DNA of 64,000 bases from Thermodesulfobacteriota bacterium (GCA_046728175.1 JBKPEA010000003.1:3517-67516), one strand, 5' to 3'; shown: positions 45,710 through 55,187, counted from the first letter of the stretch. Made by a program: numbers and translations. Notes: generated by a model from the letters alone, not told the origin.

Positions 45710-46363
45710 TTACGGTCGTCGCTGCCAGGCATGTGACCAATGGCCGTCGTGGATTCTTGGCCAGACTGGCTTGCGGAATGGACGCTTGAAGCCCTCGGCC
45801 GGATAGCCCATCGGGATCAGCGCGATGAGCTGGTAGAGGTCCGGGACGCCGAGCAGCGCTCTGGTTTCGGCTTCGTGCGGCGAGAGCATCGTGGTCATCG
45901 CGGTGCCTACGCCGAGCGCGCGCGCCGCGAGCATCATCAGCTCGATCGCGGGAAATACCGACCCATAGGTAGCGCCGAAGTTGGTCAGGTCTTCGGGACT
46001 GCCGCGCACCACACGCATCTTGGGGCGATCCAGGAAGACTACGACGTGGGCCGGCACAATCGCCAGCGACGCGGAAAACTCATCGCCAACGTGTAACGCC
46101 TTCTGTGCGCGAGCCGAAAGCGTGGTTCGGCCGCGGATGATCGCGCTGTCCTTGTAGGGCACCCAGGCAAGCTCGTAAAGCTTCTGAATCTCACGGCGTG
46201 CAGCCGGATCGCGCACGATCACGAATTCCCATGGCTGGGCGTTGGAGCCCGAGGGTGCCATGTTGGCGGTTTCGAGAATTCGCTCGATGGTCGTCTGATC
46301 GAGCGGTCGATCCGAAAATCGCCGGACCGTGGGCATGGTGGTCGCGACTTCGAAGAAGTCCAT
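45710..46363 (-). CDS. nitroreductase-family (FMN-dependent) oxidoreductase
   Basis: MDFFEVATTMPTVRRFSDRPL...MAPSGSNAQPWEFVIV is a classic nitroreductase N-terminus. The listed longer start (46492) would overlap selD. Confidence 0.85.
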   Translation of the reverse strand: MDFFEVATTMPTVRRFSDRPLDQTTIERILETANMAPSGSNAQPWEFVIVRDPAARREIQKLYELAWVPYKDSAIIRGRTTLSARAQKALHVGDEFSASLAIVPAHVVVFLDRPKMRVVRGSPEDLTNFGATYGSVFPAIELMMLAARALGVGTAMTTMLSPHEAETRALLGVPDLYQLIALIPMGYPAEGFKRPFRKPVWPRIHDGHWSHAWQRRP

Positions 46364-46425
46364 TCGGCTCCTATCTTTGCCGTGAGATCCGCAATCCCCA
46401 CCCGCAGGACCAAGTCGCAACCGTC

Positions 46426-47499
46426 TTAGACGAGCTCCAGCGGTAAATCGCGGCGCGGTTCGACGCGGCCGACGATCGCGCCGTCGGTACATCCTGCCTT
46501 ATGCAGTTCAGCGAGCATCGCGACGGATTGCGATTCGGGTACCGAAATCAACAGTCCGCCCGAGGTTTGCGGGTCGAAAGCCAGCGAGACCATCTCCTCG
46601 GACACTTCGTCGGAGATTTTAACGTGCGGCGCGTAATATTCGCGATTGCGGGTGCCGCCGCCCGGGATCATTCCGGCGCGCACCTGTTCCAGCGCGCCCT
46701 GCAACAGCGGCAGGTCCGATTCCTCGAATACCAGGGTCACGTTGCTGCCGTCGGCCATCTTGAAGGCATGACCCATGAGGCCGAAGCCGGTCACGTCGGT
46801 TGCCGCATGCACCTCGTGGTTCAGCATGAGCGTCGCGGCACCGGCATTGAGCTGGACCATGGAATTGACGGCACTGGTGTAGTGCTCGGGGTTGAGCGCA
46901 TCGCGTTTGAACGCGGTCATCAGAACCCCAGTGCCCAGAGCCTTGGTCAGGAGCAGCGCGTCACCTACCCGGGCGCCGACGTTGCGTACTATCCGGCGCG
47001 GATCGATCACGCCGGTCACCGCCATCCCAAACTTGACTTCGTCGTCGGCCACGCTGTGCCCGCCCACCACGACCACGCCCGCTTCGCGTGCTTTTTCGGC
47101 ACCCCCGCGCAAAACCTCGGCCAGCAGTTCGCGGGGCAGCCCCGCTTGCGGCCAGCAGACGATATTCAAGGCACTCACCGGTCGTCCGCCCATCGCGTAA
47201 ACATCGGAGAGCGCGTTGGCCGCGGAAATCTGCCCATAGGTGTGCGGGTCGTCGACGACCGGCGTGAAGAAATCGACTGTACTCACGATGGCCAGGTCGT
47301 CGCGCAGACGAAACACTCCCGCGTCGTCGCCGGTGGCGATGCCGACCAGCAAATCGGGATGGCTCGGCAGGTCAAGCCGCGCCAGTACGTCTGCAAGGTC
47401 CGCCGGACCGAGCTTGCCGGCTCAACCCGCGGCTTTGCAGCGTGCCGTCAAGCGCACCAATTCCGTGCGCGACGGATTGTTGTCCTTGTCCCTGGACAT
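46426..47499 (-). CDS. selD: selenide, water dikinase (selenophosphate synthetase), selenocysteine-containing form; in-frame UGA at 47422-47424
   Basis: From ATG 47499 (GGAGGG SD): MSRDKDNNPSRTELVRLTARCKAAG-[TGA]-AGKLGPADLADVLARLDLPSHPDLLVGIATGDDAGVF. The G-U-x-G-K motif aligns with the E. coli SelD GAGC(17)GCK loop. The listed ORF starts at TTG 47352 and lacks this catalytic loop. Confidence 0.85.
47393..47421 (-). other. candidate SECIS region directly 3' of the selD UGA
   Basis: The mRNA reads UGA-GCCGGCAAGCUCGGUCCGGCGGACCUUGC. Two alternative 5-bp stems are possible (GCCGG/CCGGC, or GCAAG/CUUGC with a GGU-containing loop). Not validated against a model. Confidence 0.3.
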
Positions 47500-47533
47500 T
47501 GTCCCTCCATTTTCGCCCATCGAGAACTCCAAG

Positions 47534-49465
47534 TCAGCCCGTGCGAGCGCGCAGCCGTCGCTGGTCGCCGACGCGGGTCGTCACCCCGCTGTGATCAAAA
47601 TAGTCGAGCAACGCGATCGCAAATTTGCGCGATGCGCCCAGCAGATCGCGGTAAATCGCTGCGCTGATTTCCGTATGCGTGCCCAAATAGTCGACCAATC
47701 GGGTGCGGGCCGCATCGAGCGCGGTCCGGTCGAAGTAAAGCTCCGCCGCAATCTTAACCACCCGCCCCTCGCGTTCCATCGCCGCGAGCACGGTGCGGAG
47801 TTGCGCCGCAGCCCCGGGCCCGAGCCCTAGCTGTTCGGCCAGCTGCTTCAAATCGGGCGGTTGAAACTCCGCGCGAGTGAGCGCCGTTTCCACCCGGGCG
47901 CCGAGCTCCCCCGCGTCACCGCCCAGTGTGACCTTGTGACTCTTGACGCGCAGCAGATTCTCTTCGCGAACGATCTCGGCCTCGCGCCCGATACGATCGA
48001 CGATCGCGCGAAACGCGCGCGCGCTGACTTCATAGGGCAATCGTGTACGCAGGGATTCCATTTCGAGTCCGGCAGAGAGCGGCGCCGATTGGTGATGTGC
48101 GCCCAGCGTGGCAAGGGTGAATTTTTTAAGCTCCTCCCACTTGGAGCGGGTGGTAAAACCTTCCTCATCGCCCATCGAGAGCTTGATAAACCGGGTATCG
48201 GTTAACACACCTTCGATCTCCGCGAGTGGACGATTCATCAGGCAGGCGAGGCGGCCGGCGGGCAGGGCGAGACTTTCCTGGAGGTTGAGGAGTGCCTCAA
48301 CCGCCTCTGCGCCCAGCGATCCGCGGATGATGGCCAGGCGGTCGCGGTAGGCAGCCAGCGGCTTGCGCGAGCGGCGCGCGATCGGATTCAGGACGATTCC
48401 GCCGCCGAGCGTGCGGACGTTGGTTTCATCGCGAATGACGAACCGATCGCCGAACAAGAGCACCGCCGGTTGCTCGGTAACGATTTGCACCAGCCCGCGT
48501 TCCTTGGGCGGTAACTCGTCGCGCTCCTCGAGCAGAATCACCCGGCCCAAGATTTCGCTGGTCCCGACAAACAGGCGCAGCCGCGAATGGTTCTTGAGCG
48601 GGCGCTTGGCGGCGGGACGAATTTCCAGCCACGCGTCGAAGCGCGAGGTCGCGAAGTCCAAGCGGTCATCAGCCAGCACCTGCCCGCGCCGGAGTTCCAC
48701 CCGCTCCGGCCCGGCTAGGTTCAGCGCCACCCGCTGGCAGCGTCCCGCGCTCGGTACCGACTCGGAGTGGACCTGAACCCCACGCACGCGGACCTCTTCG
48801 CCGCCGGGCAAGACACGCAACTTCTGCCCGACGCGGACCTCCGCGCCCATCGCGGTGCCGGTTACGATGGTACCGTGGCCCTTGATTGCGAAGGCGCGGT
48901 CTAGCGGCAGGCGAAAGACTCCGGTTGCGCGGCGCGCATCAAAGCCAACCAGCTGACGAGCCATCTCGCTGCGAAGTTCCTCGAGTCCCGAGCCGGTAAC
49001 CGACGAGACCGCGATGATCGGCGCGGTGGCGAGTTGGGTACCGTCCGCCAGCAGCTCGATTTCGTCGCGCACTTCCTTCAGTCGATCCGCATTTACCAGG
49101 TCGGCCTTGGTGACCACGAAAATACCGCGGCTCACGCCGAGCAGGTGGAGGATGTCTAGATGCTCCTCGCTCTGCGGCATGACGCCATCGTCGGCGGCCA
49201 CGGTAAAGAGGACCAGATCGATTCCATGAGCGCCTGCGAGCATGTTGCGAATGAACCGCTCGTGACCGGGAACGTCGACCACCCCCGCCCGGGTGCCATC
49301 GGGCAGCGTGAAAAAGGCGAAGCCGAGATCGATTGAAATTCCGCGCTCCTGCTCTTCTTTGAGACGATCGGTCTCCTGGCCGGTGAGTGCGCGAATGAGG
49401 GCGGTCTTGCCATGGTCGATATGACCGGCGGTGCCGATGATCGCGTGGGCCACGGCAGATGGCAT
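47534..49465 (-). CDS. selB: selenocysteine-specific translation elongation factor
   Basis: [29 protein letters not shown] (G1), DVPGHERF (G3) and TKADL (G4), then a long winged-helix C-terminal half. 644 aa from ATG 49465. The 85-aa upstream extension in the listed ORF is R/P-rich and not SelB-like. Confidence 0.9.
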   Translation of the reverse strand: MPSAVAHAIIGTAGHIDHGKTALIRALTGQETDRLKEEQERGISIDLGFAFFTLPDGTRAGVVDVPGHERFIRNMLAGAHGIDLVLFTVAADDGVMPQSEEHLDILHLLGVSRGIFVVTKADLVNADRLKEVRDEIELLADGTQLATAPIIAVSSVTGSGLEELRSEMARQLVGFDARRATGVFRLPLDRAFAIKGHGTIVTGTAMGAEVRVGQKLRVLPGGEEVRVRGVQVHSESVPSAGRCQRVALNLAGPERVELRRGQVLADDRLDFATSRFDAWLEIRPAAKRPLKNHSRLRLFVGTSEILGRVILLEERDELPPKERGLVQIVTEQPAVLLFGDRFVIRDETNVRTLGGGIVLNPIARRSRKPLAAYRDRLAIIRGSLGAEAVEALLNLQESLALPAGRLACLMNRPLAEIEGVLTDTRFIKLSMGDEEGFTTRSKWEELKKFTLATLGAHHQSAPLSAGLEMESLRTRLPYEVSARAFRAIVDRIGREAEIVREENLLRVKSHKVTLGGDAGELGARVETALTRAEFQPPDLKQLAEQLGLGPGAAAQLRTVLAAMEREGRVVKIAAELYFDRTALDAARTRLVDYLGTHTEISAAIYRDLLGASRKFAIALLDYFDHSGVTTRVGDQRRLRARTG

Positions 49466-49682
49466 CGGGTGGAGCTTATCGCGGCGCACCGAATTTGGAG
49501 AAATGGTCGCACCCAACGAGCCCGCAACACGCCGCAGCCTTCTACACCAGAAAGACCTTCGAACACGGCTCGGCGGATACCTCTCCCGCTGCGATCCACC
49601 AAGACCCGGGTGCCCCGTAATCGGAGGCTTCGCCTGTGATCTTCGAACCGTGTAGACTTCCGTGTTTCGAGGTGGCTTAGGC

Positions 49683-50729
49683 GTGAAGACCGGGATTATC
49701 GGCGCCCGCGGGGCAGGCAAATCGACGGTCTTTCACGCGCTGACCGGACTGCCGCCGATTCCGGGCACGGCGGAAGGCAAAGCTCGCGGGCGGCCGGGAC
49801 AGATCAAGCTCGCCGATCCGCGGCTGGATTTCCTGGAAACGAGCTATGGGTCCAAAAAAAAGATTCCGGTCGAGCTAACGGTGCTCGACTTTGCGCCCAA
49901 TCCAAAGGAGCAGAAGGAGGGTGCCGCGCTCGACGTCAGCCTGATTCCGCTGATTCGCGACCTCGACGCGCTGCTCATCGTCATCGCACAATTTGGCGGG
50001 CTGAATCGGGACCTCACGCCGACGGTCGAGAGGATCGAGAGCGAGCTGGTCTTCGCCGATTTCGATCAGGCCGAGCGGCGGAGGGAGCGGATCAAGAAAG
50101 ACCGCAGTGCGAGCGATTTTGAAAAAGCCGCGCTGGAGAAAGTCATCAAGTGGCTGGAAGATGGAAAGCCGCTGCGGCTGATGGAGCTTTCGGCGCAGGA
50201 GCTGCAGACCTTTTCGAGCTTCGGCTTTCTGTCCCGCAAACCGGCGCTCGCAGTCGTAAACTCCGAGATGGAAGCGGGAGCGTCCGCGCTCACGAAGGCT
50301 GAACGCGACGCCATCCATGCGCGCGGCCTCGAGGTGTTCCGCCTGGCCGCCGCTTTCGAGTCGGAGCTGTGGGAGCTCGACGCGGCCGGGCAAAGCGAGA
50401 TGCTGCGTGAAGCCGGCCTGGAGGCGCCCGCGCGCGATCGTCTGATCACGGCGCTGTACAAGCACTTGGGGTTGATCACCTTCTACACCGCGGGCGAGCC
50501 GGAGGCGCATGGTTGGTCGCTGCGGCGTGGCGAAACCGCGCTGGAAGCCGCCGCGGAAATTCATAGTGATATCGCACGCGGATTCATCCGCGCCGAAGTG
50601 GTCAGCTATGAAGACTTCGCGGTGCTCAAGTCGGATGCCAAGGTCAAGGAGGCGGGAAAGCTGCGGCTGGAGGGCAAGGACTACGTGATGCGCGACGGCG
50701 ATATCATTCACATTCGCTTCAAAGTCTAG
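49683..50729 (+). CDS. ychF: YchF/OLA1-like P-loop GTPase/ATPase
   Basis: VKTGIIGARGAGKSTVFHALTG, and a C-terminal TGS/DUF933-like FYTAGEPEAHGWSLRRGETALEAAAEIHSDIARGFIRAEV. GTG 49683 is preceded by GAGGTGG. A GTG at 49662 is an alternative start. Confidence 0.8.
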   Translation: MKTGIIGARGAGKSTVFHALTGLPPIPGTAEGKARGRPGQIKLADPRLDFLETSYGSKKKIPVELTVLDFAPNPKEQKEGAALDVSLIPLIRDLDALLIVIAQFGGLNRDLTPTVERIESELVFADFDQAERRRERIKKDRSASDFEKAALEKVIKWLEDGKPLRLMELSAQELQTFSSFGFLSRKPALAVVNSEMEAGASALTKAERDAIHARGLEVFRLAAAFESELWELDAAGQSEMLREAGLEAPARDRLITALYKHLGLITFYTAGEPEAHGWSLRRGETALEAAAEIHSDIARGFIRAEVVSYEDFAVLKSDAKVKEAGKLRLEGKDYVMRDGDIIHIRFKV

Positions 50730-50733
50730 CTCA

Positions 50734-50785
50734 GCGAGCCCTTTGCCCTGACCTTCTTTGTGAAGAGATCGAGAGCAAAGGTCGC
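50734..50785 (+). terminator. imperfect long hairpin after ychF (gcga-gc-cctttgc ... gcaaagg-tcgc)
   Basis: Stems of 7 bp and 4 bp separated by a 2-nt bulge, with a 28-nt loop carrying a small inner stem. Starts 5 nt after the stop codon. Confidence 0.25.
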
Positions 50786-50899
50786 TGACCAGTTCCCCGG
50801 CCTATCATTGAAAAGACTCACGCGGGTCTGATTTAACCTCTGTTGTGCACTGCGGGCGGGGCGCATGGCGACGCGCCGCGACCTGCAGGCCGACACCAC

Positions 50900-53005
50900 A
50901 TGAATCAGCACGTCACCCGACAGATTCTCTGGAACATCCCGGTCCCCTTCATCGTCCTGATGTATGGGCTGCTGGTCGTGCTGATCGCCTGCTACGCGTG
51001 GGCGGCGGTCAAGTGGTTCAGGATGATCCGGTTGGGGGCCGCCGAGAATCGCCTCGACCAGCTTCCACAGCGGGTCTTTCTTGCGTTGCGTGATGCGTTT
51101 GGCCAGGGCTACGTGGTGCGCGAGTCGTGGGGCTGGATGCACTATGCGTTCTACGTCGGCTTCGTAGGATTGTTCATCGGCACCACCATCGTTCTGATCA
51201 ACAGCGATCTGCGTGAATTGCTCGCGCTGTTCGGGCTGAATCTCTACTTCTACTACGGCGACTTTTACCTGGTGTTCAAAGCCGCGATGGACACCTTCTT
51301 CCTGGTGCTTATCCTGGGGGTGCTGGCAGAGGGCGCGCGGCGCCGGGTGCGCAAGCCCAGCATCCTTAGCCCGACGCCGCCCGAGAAGGTCAACAACAAC
51401 CTGGAGAATCGGCTTGGCTACTGGTTCCCGATGACGATGATGGTGCTGGTCGCGATTACGGGCCTGATGCTCGAAGGCGCACGCATCAACGCGGCCCAGC
51501 CGCAGTTCACCGAATGGGCTTACGTGGGTCGCGTCATCGGCAGAATCGAGGGCGGGCTCGGCGCGGGCCCCACCTATCACCGCTGGCTCTGGATGGTACA
51601 CGTGCTGTTGGTCTACGTGCTGCTGGCGTGTTTTGCATTCACCAAGCTGCGGCACCTGGTTTTGGGACCGCTGAATCTGTTCTTCCGCAACCTCGGTCCG
51701 CGCGGCCGGTTGGCGCCCATCAAGGATTTCGAGAGTGCCGAGACCTTCGGCGTTTCGCAGGTGGAGCAGTACACCTGGAAGCAGTTGCTCGACATGTCGG
51801 CGTGCCTCGAATGCGGGCGCTGCACGATCAACTGCCCGACTGTGAACACCGGCAAGGTACTCAACCCGAAATTCCTGGTTATCGAACAGCGCGAACACCT
51901 GCTGCAAAAGGCGCCCGCGCTGCTCGCCGCGCGGGCGGCGACGGCCAACGGCGCGGGCACCGAGGCGCCGGCGTGGAGCGGCCCCGACATGATCACCCAA
52001 GTCGCGACGGAAGCTGCGGTGTGGGGTTGTACCTCCTGTGGATGGTGTGAAGAAGGATGCCCGGTCGGCATCGAGCATATCCAGCGCATCGTCGATATGC
52101 GTCGCTACCAGGTCCTGATGGAGAGCAAGTTTCCGACCGAAGCGACTAGCGCGTTCAAGGGGATCGAAAACCAGGGCAATCCCTGGGGTCTGGCGGCCGA
52201 GAAGCGGGCCGACTGGGCGCAAGGGCTTGAGATTCCGGAGATGGCCGAGGTTGAGAACCCGGCGGACCTGGACGTGCTGTACTGGGTCGGATGCGCGGGA
52301 TCGTACGATGAACGTAATCAAAAGGTGTCGCGCGCGTTTGCTTCGCTGATGAAGCAGGCCGGAGTGCGGTTCGGAATTCTCGGCAAAGAGGAAATGTGCA
52401 CGGGAGACCCGGCACGGCGCCTCGGCAACGAGTACCTGTACGCCACCGTGGTGCAGCAGAATGTTGAGACCTTAAATCGTTACAAGCCGCGGCGCGTCGT
52501 GACGCAGTGCCCCCATTGCTTTCACAATCTCAAGAACGAATATCCGGATTTCGGCGGTAACTATAACGTCATGCACGAGGCGGAATTTTTCGCCGAGCTG
52601 GTGCGGGCCGGACGCCTGAAACCCAAGGAAGTGTTGCGCGCGCGCGTCACCTATCACGATCCCTGCTACATGGCGCGACACAATCGCCAATGGGATGGCG
52701 CGCGCGAGGCACTGCGTGCGATTCCCGGTGCGGAAATCGCCGAGGTCGATCAGTCGAAGAATCGCACCTTCTGCTGCGGTGCGGGCGGTGGGTGCTTCTG
52801 GAAGGAAGAACACGAAGGGACCCGCATCAATCAGAAGCGTTTCGATCAGCTGAGCGAGGCGAAACCCGAGTGCGTCGCGGTCGGATGCCCGTTCTGCATG
52901 ACCATGATCGAGGATGCGGTGAAATCGCGTTCGCTGGAAGAATCGGTGCGGGTTCGCGACTTGGCGGAGATCATGGCCGAGGCAACCGGGGCACAAAAGA
53001 AGTAA
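50900..53005 (+). CDS. membrane-anchored (Fe-S)-binding oxidoreductase, HdrD/DsrK/GlpC-like with two CCG domains
   Basis: N-terminal ~5 TM helices. Two 4Fe-4S motifs, CLECGRCTINCP and CTSCGWCEEGCP. CCG-type Cys motifs (WVGCAGSYD, QCPHCFHNL, HDPCY, FCCGAGGG). Confidence 0.85.
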   Translation: MNQHVTRQILWNIPVPFIVLMYGLLVVLIACYAWAAVKWFRMIRLGAAENRLDQLPQRVFLALRDAFGQGYVVRESWGWMHYAFYVGFVGLFIGTTIVLINSDLRELLALFGLNLYFYYGDFYLVFKAAMDTFFLVLILGVLAEGARRRVRKPSILSPTPPEKVNNNLENRLGYWFPMTMMVLVAITGLMLEGARINAAQPQFTEWAYVGRVIGRIEGGLGAGPTYHRWLWMVHVLLVYVLLACFAFTKLRHLVLGPLNLFFRNLGPRGRLAPIKDFESAETFGVSQVEQYTWKQLLDMSACLECGRCTINCPTVNTGKVLNPKFLVIEQREHLLQKAPALLAARAATANGAGTEAPAWSGPDMITQVATEAAVWGCTSCGWCEEGCPVGIEHIQRIVDMRRYQVLMESKFPTEATSAFKGIENQGNPWGLAAEKRADWAQGLEIPEMAEVENPADLDVLYWVGCAGSYDERNQKVSRAFASLMKQAGVRFGILGKEEMCTGDPARRLGNEYLYATVVQQNVETLNRYKPRRVVTQCPHCFHNLKNEYPDFGGNYNVMHEAEFFAELVRAGRLKPKEVLRARVTYHDPCYMARHNRQWDGAREALRAIPGAEIAEVDQSKNRTFCCGAGGGCFWKEEHEGTRINQKRFDQLSEAKPECVAVGCPFCMTMIEDAVKSRSLEESVRVRDLAEIMAEATGAQKK

Positions 53006-53031
53006 CGGACAGAACTCCAAAGCTTGCGCAG

Positions 53032-53886
53032 ATGATTCTGTCTGGTCGTGCGAAAAGCTGCAGCGTTGTTATGGGCTTGGAACTTCATCCTTATAACCAC
53101 CGGTTTGAGTGGACGCCGGTACGAGGGCCGTTTCGGCGCATCACCCAGGCGCAGGCGGATTCCTTCAACCGGCGCGGGTTTTTCGTGTTGGAAAACGCGC
53201 TCGATTCGGAGATGGTCGCCCGCGCGATCGAAGCCATCCGGCCGTGGGAAGCGAAGGTGGAGGCGTCGTTGCGGGCTACCCCCGGCCGGCGGATGTTTAT
53301 CGCCGAGGCCGAGGGAATCAGCTTCACGGTCCATCTGGTAAAGCGCTCACAGGTGCTGCGCGAACTTTCGGCGGCGCCGGTTTTCGCAGACCTGTGTCAC
53401 GACCTGATCGGTCCCGACGTGCGCCTTTATTGGGACCAGGCGGTCTACAAAAAGCCCGAGTACCCGAAGCCGTTCCCTTGGCATCAGGACAATGGCTACA
53501 CCTATATCGAGCCACAGGCGTATCTGACCTGCTGGGTCGCTTTGAGCGATGCGACCGAACGGAACGGATGCCCGTGGGTCGTTCCGGGTGGGCATCTGCG
53601 GGGAACGCTAAAGCATCACCTGACCGAGCTCGGGTGGGTGTGCCGGGACGAAGATGGGCCGGAGGCTATTGCGGCGCCGGTGCATGCCGGCGGTGCGGTG
53701 GTACTCTCTTCGCTGATGCCGCATCGAACCGGACCCAACCTCACGCAGGAAATACGCCAGGCGTACATCCTGCAATATGCGCCCGAGGGGGCACGCGTGG
53801 CGGAATCTAACGCGCCGTGCAACGCGCCTGACCGCCAATACTTCGTGTTGCGGGGTGGCGCGCGAGTCGCGCCCCCACCGCTCTGA
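53032..53886 (+). CDS. phytanoyl-CoA dioxygenase (PhyH) family Fe(II)/2-oxoglutarate oxygenase
   Basis: FPWHQDNGY (the HxD facial triad region) and a later MPHRTGPN. The start is ambiguous (ATG 53032 or 53071). The listed ORF from 52690 overlaps the upstream gene. Confidence 0.8.
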   Translation: MILSGRAKSCSVVMGLELHPYNHRFEWTPVRGPFRRITQAQADSFNRRGFFVLENALDSEMVARAIEAIRPWEAKVEASLRATPGRRMFIAEAEGISFTVHLVKRSQVLRELSAAPVFADLCHDLIGPDVRLYWDQAVYKKPEYPKPFPWHQDNGYTYIEPQAYLTCWVALSDATERNGCPWVVPGGHLRGTLKHHLTELGWVCRDEDGPEAIAAPVHAGGAVVLSSLMPHRTGPNLTQEIRQAYILQYAPEGARVAESNAPCNAPDRQYFVLRGGARVAPPPL

Positions 53887-53951
53887 TCAGATATCCCGCA
53901 GCCTTCCGGAAACCTGAGCCTCAGGCGGCGTAGCTGCGGTTTTCACCGCGC

Positions 53952-54914
53952 TTATTGCTTCAAGTCCGCAAGAAACTCCAACAGTGCCGCGTTTACCTCG
54001 AGCGGCTTCTCCTGTTGGGTCCAATGCCCCGCGCCCTTGACCAGCACCGTTCTGCGCAGGTTGGGGACCCATTCCTTCATGCCTTCGGCCATCTCCGGGC
54101 GCAGGACTACATCGAGCTCGGCGGTAATCATCAGCGCCGGCTGAGTGATGCGCTGTGGGAGGCCCGCGCTGTCTTCCCAGTTCTGGTCGATATTACGGTA
54201 CCAATTTAGACCGCCACGAAAACCGGTCTTCGTGAACGCTCGCATGAAGACCTCGAAATCCTCGTCGGTGAGAAATTTGCCGTGCGGACGATCCGGAAGG
54301 CGGTCGAGAAGGCCCCCGCCGGCGGCGCCAAACACGCCCGGAGGGGCAGCGCGCATCGCGGCCGGGTCGAGCTTGGGCGGGTCCTGGTAGAAGCCGCGCA
54401 ACGTGCGCGACACCTCGCGCTCAAGTTCGGCCTCTGCAATCCCGGGAGTCTGGAAATAGAGAACATAGTGAAAATTGCCTCCGGCCATCTGCCGCATCAG
54501 CTCGGTTGGTTTCAGCGCGGCGCGCGGCAGGAAGGGCGTGTTGATGCCGACGACGCGCCCGATGCGCTCGGGAAACATGAGCGCCGCGTTCCACGCGGTC
54601 ATCCCGCCCCAATCGTGACCCACGATGGTGCAGGTGCGCAGGTTCAGCGCATCGAGCATGCCGATGATGTCGGCGGCGATTTGCTTCTGGCTGTACGCGC
54701 CAATCGGCGCCGGACAATCGGTGTCGCCGTAGCCGCGCTGGTCGGGCGCGATCGCGCGGAAACCGGCCTCGGCGAGCGCCTTAATCTGATGCCGCCACGA
54801 GTACCAGAGTTCTGGGAAGCCGTGGCACATTACGACCGGGCTACCCTCGCCGGACTCAGCCACGTGCATCTTGATTCGGTTGGTCTTTACGAAGTGATGC
54901 GTGATTTCGGGCAT
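53952..54914 (-). CDS. alpha/beta hydrolase, epoxide-hydrolase-like
   Basis: HGFPELWYSWRHQ (HGxP oxyanion motif) and nucleophile GHDWGG. GGAGGGAGG SD before ATG 54914. Confidence 0.85.
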   Translation of the reverse strand: MPEITHHFVKTNRIKMHVAESGEGSPVVMCHGFPELWYSWRHQIKALAEAGFRAIAPDQRGYGDTDCPAPIGAYSQKQIAADIIGMLDALNLRTCTIVGHDWGGMTAWNAALMFPERIGRVVGINTPFLPRAALKPTELMRQMAGGNFHYVLYFQTPGIAEAELEREVSRTLRGFYQDPPKLDPAAMRAAPPGVFGAAGGGLLDRLPDRPHGKFLTDEDFEVFMRAFTKTGFRGGLNWYRNIDQNWEDSAGLPQRITQPALMITAELDVVLRPEMAEGMKEWVPNLRRTVLVKGAGHWTQQEKPLEVNAALLEFLADLKQ

Positions 54915-55157
54915 CTCGGACCTCCCTCCTCGCGGGGCACCCAAATCATGCGCAAATCGGACGCGTGAGACCAGCGTGTTCGGCTCCGACGTCTTAAGAG
55001 TCGATCCTGATTGGGTTCATCACAAAGAGTACAAGGGCACGAAGCTGCGCACCTGCGACACATTCGCGAGAAAACCTTAAGGAGGGAGAGTCTCTGCGCT
55101 TCATCTGCGTAGCTGCGCTCGCGGTCGCTCAGATAGACATTGTGGACCCATAACGGT

Positions 55158-55187
55158 TTGACATTCCGCGGCGGTCCGCCTTATGTT
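55158..55187 (+). promoter_or_regulatory. sigma-70-like promoter TTGACA-N18-TATGTT (or N17-TTATGT)
   Basis: Consensus -35 at 55158-55163 and a near-consensus -10 at 55182-55187, about 45 nt upstream of the 55231 start. Confidence 0.45.

Noticed and set aside
46501-47667. 388-aa plus-strand ORF spanning selD and the selB 3' end
   Set aside because: Antisense to selD and selB, both with strong family signatures. Its composition is typical of a GC-rich antisense frame.
49466-49720. 85-codon N-terminal extension of selB in the listed ORF, and a possible tRNA-Sec in the same region
   Set aside because: The extension is R/P-rich and unlike SelB, whose G1 motif normally begins within ~10 residues of the start (as it does from ATG 49465). 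For tRNA-Sec I could not build an 8-bp acceptor stem, a UCA anticodon loop or a T-arm on either strand. The TTCGAA motifs here are CTTCGAA (a UCG-like loop) without flanking stems.
50726-52321. 531-aa minus-strand ORF, the longest unexplained ORF in the track
   Set aside because: It lies entirely antisense to the HdrD-like gene, which has unmistakable Fe-S/CCG motifs. Its product is R/H/Q/P/D-rich with no motif. This is a typical high-GC shadow ORF.
52690-53031. 5' part of listed ORF 52690-53886
   Set aside because: It overlaps the 3' end of the HdrD-like gene out of frame. PhyH-like sequence begins only after 53032/53071.
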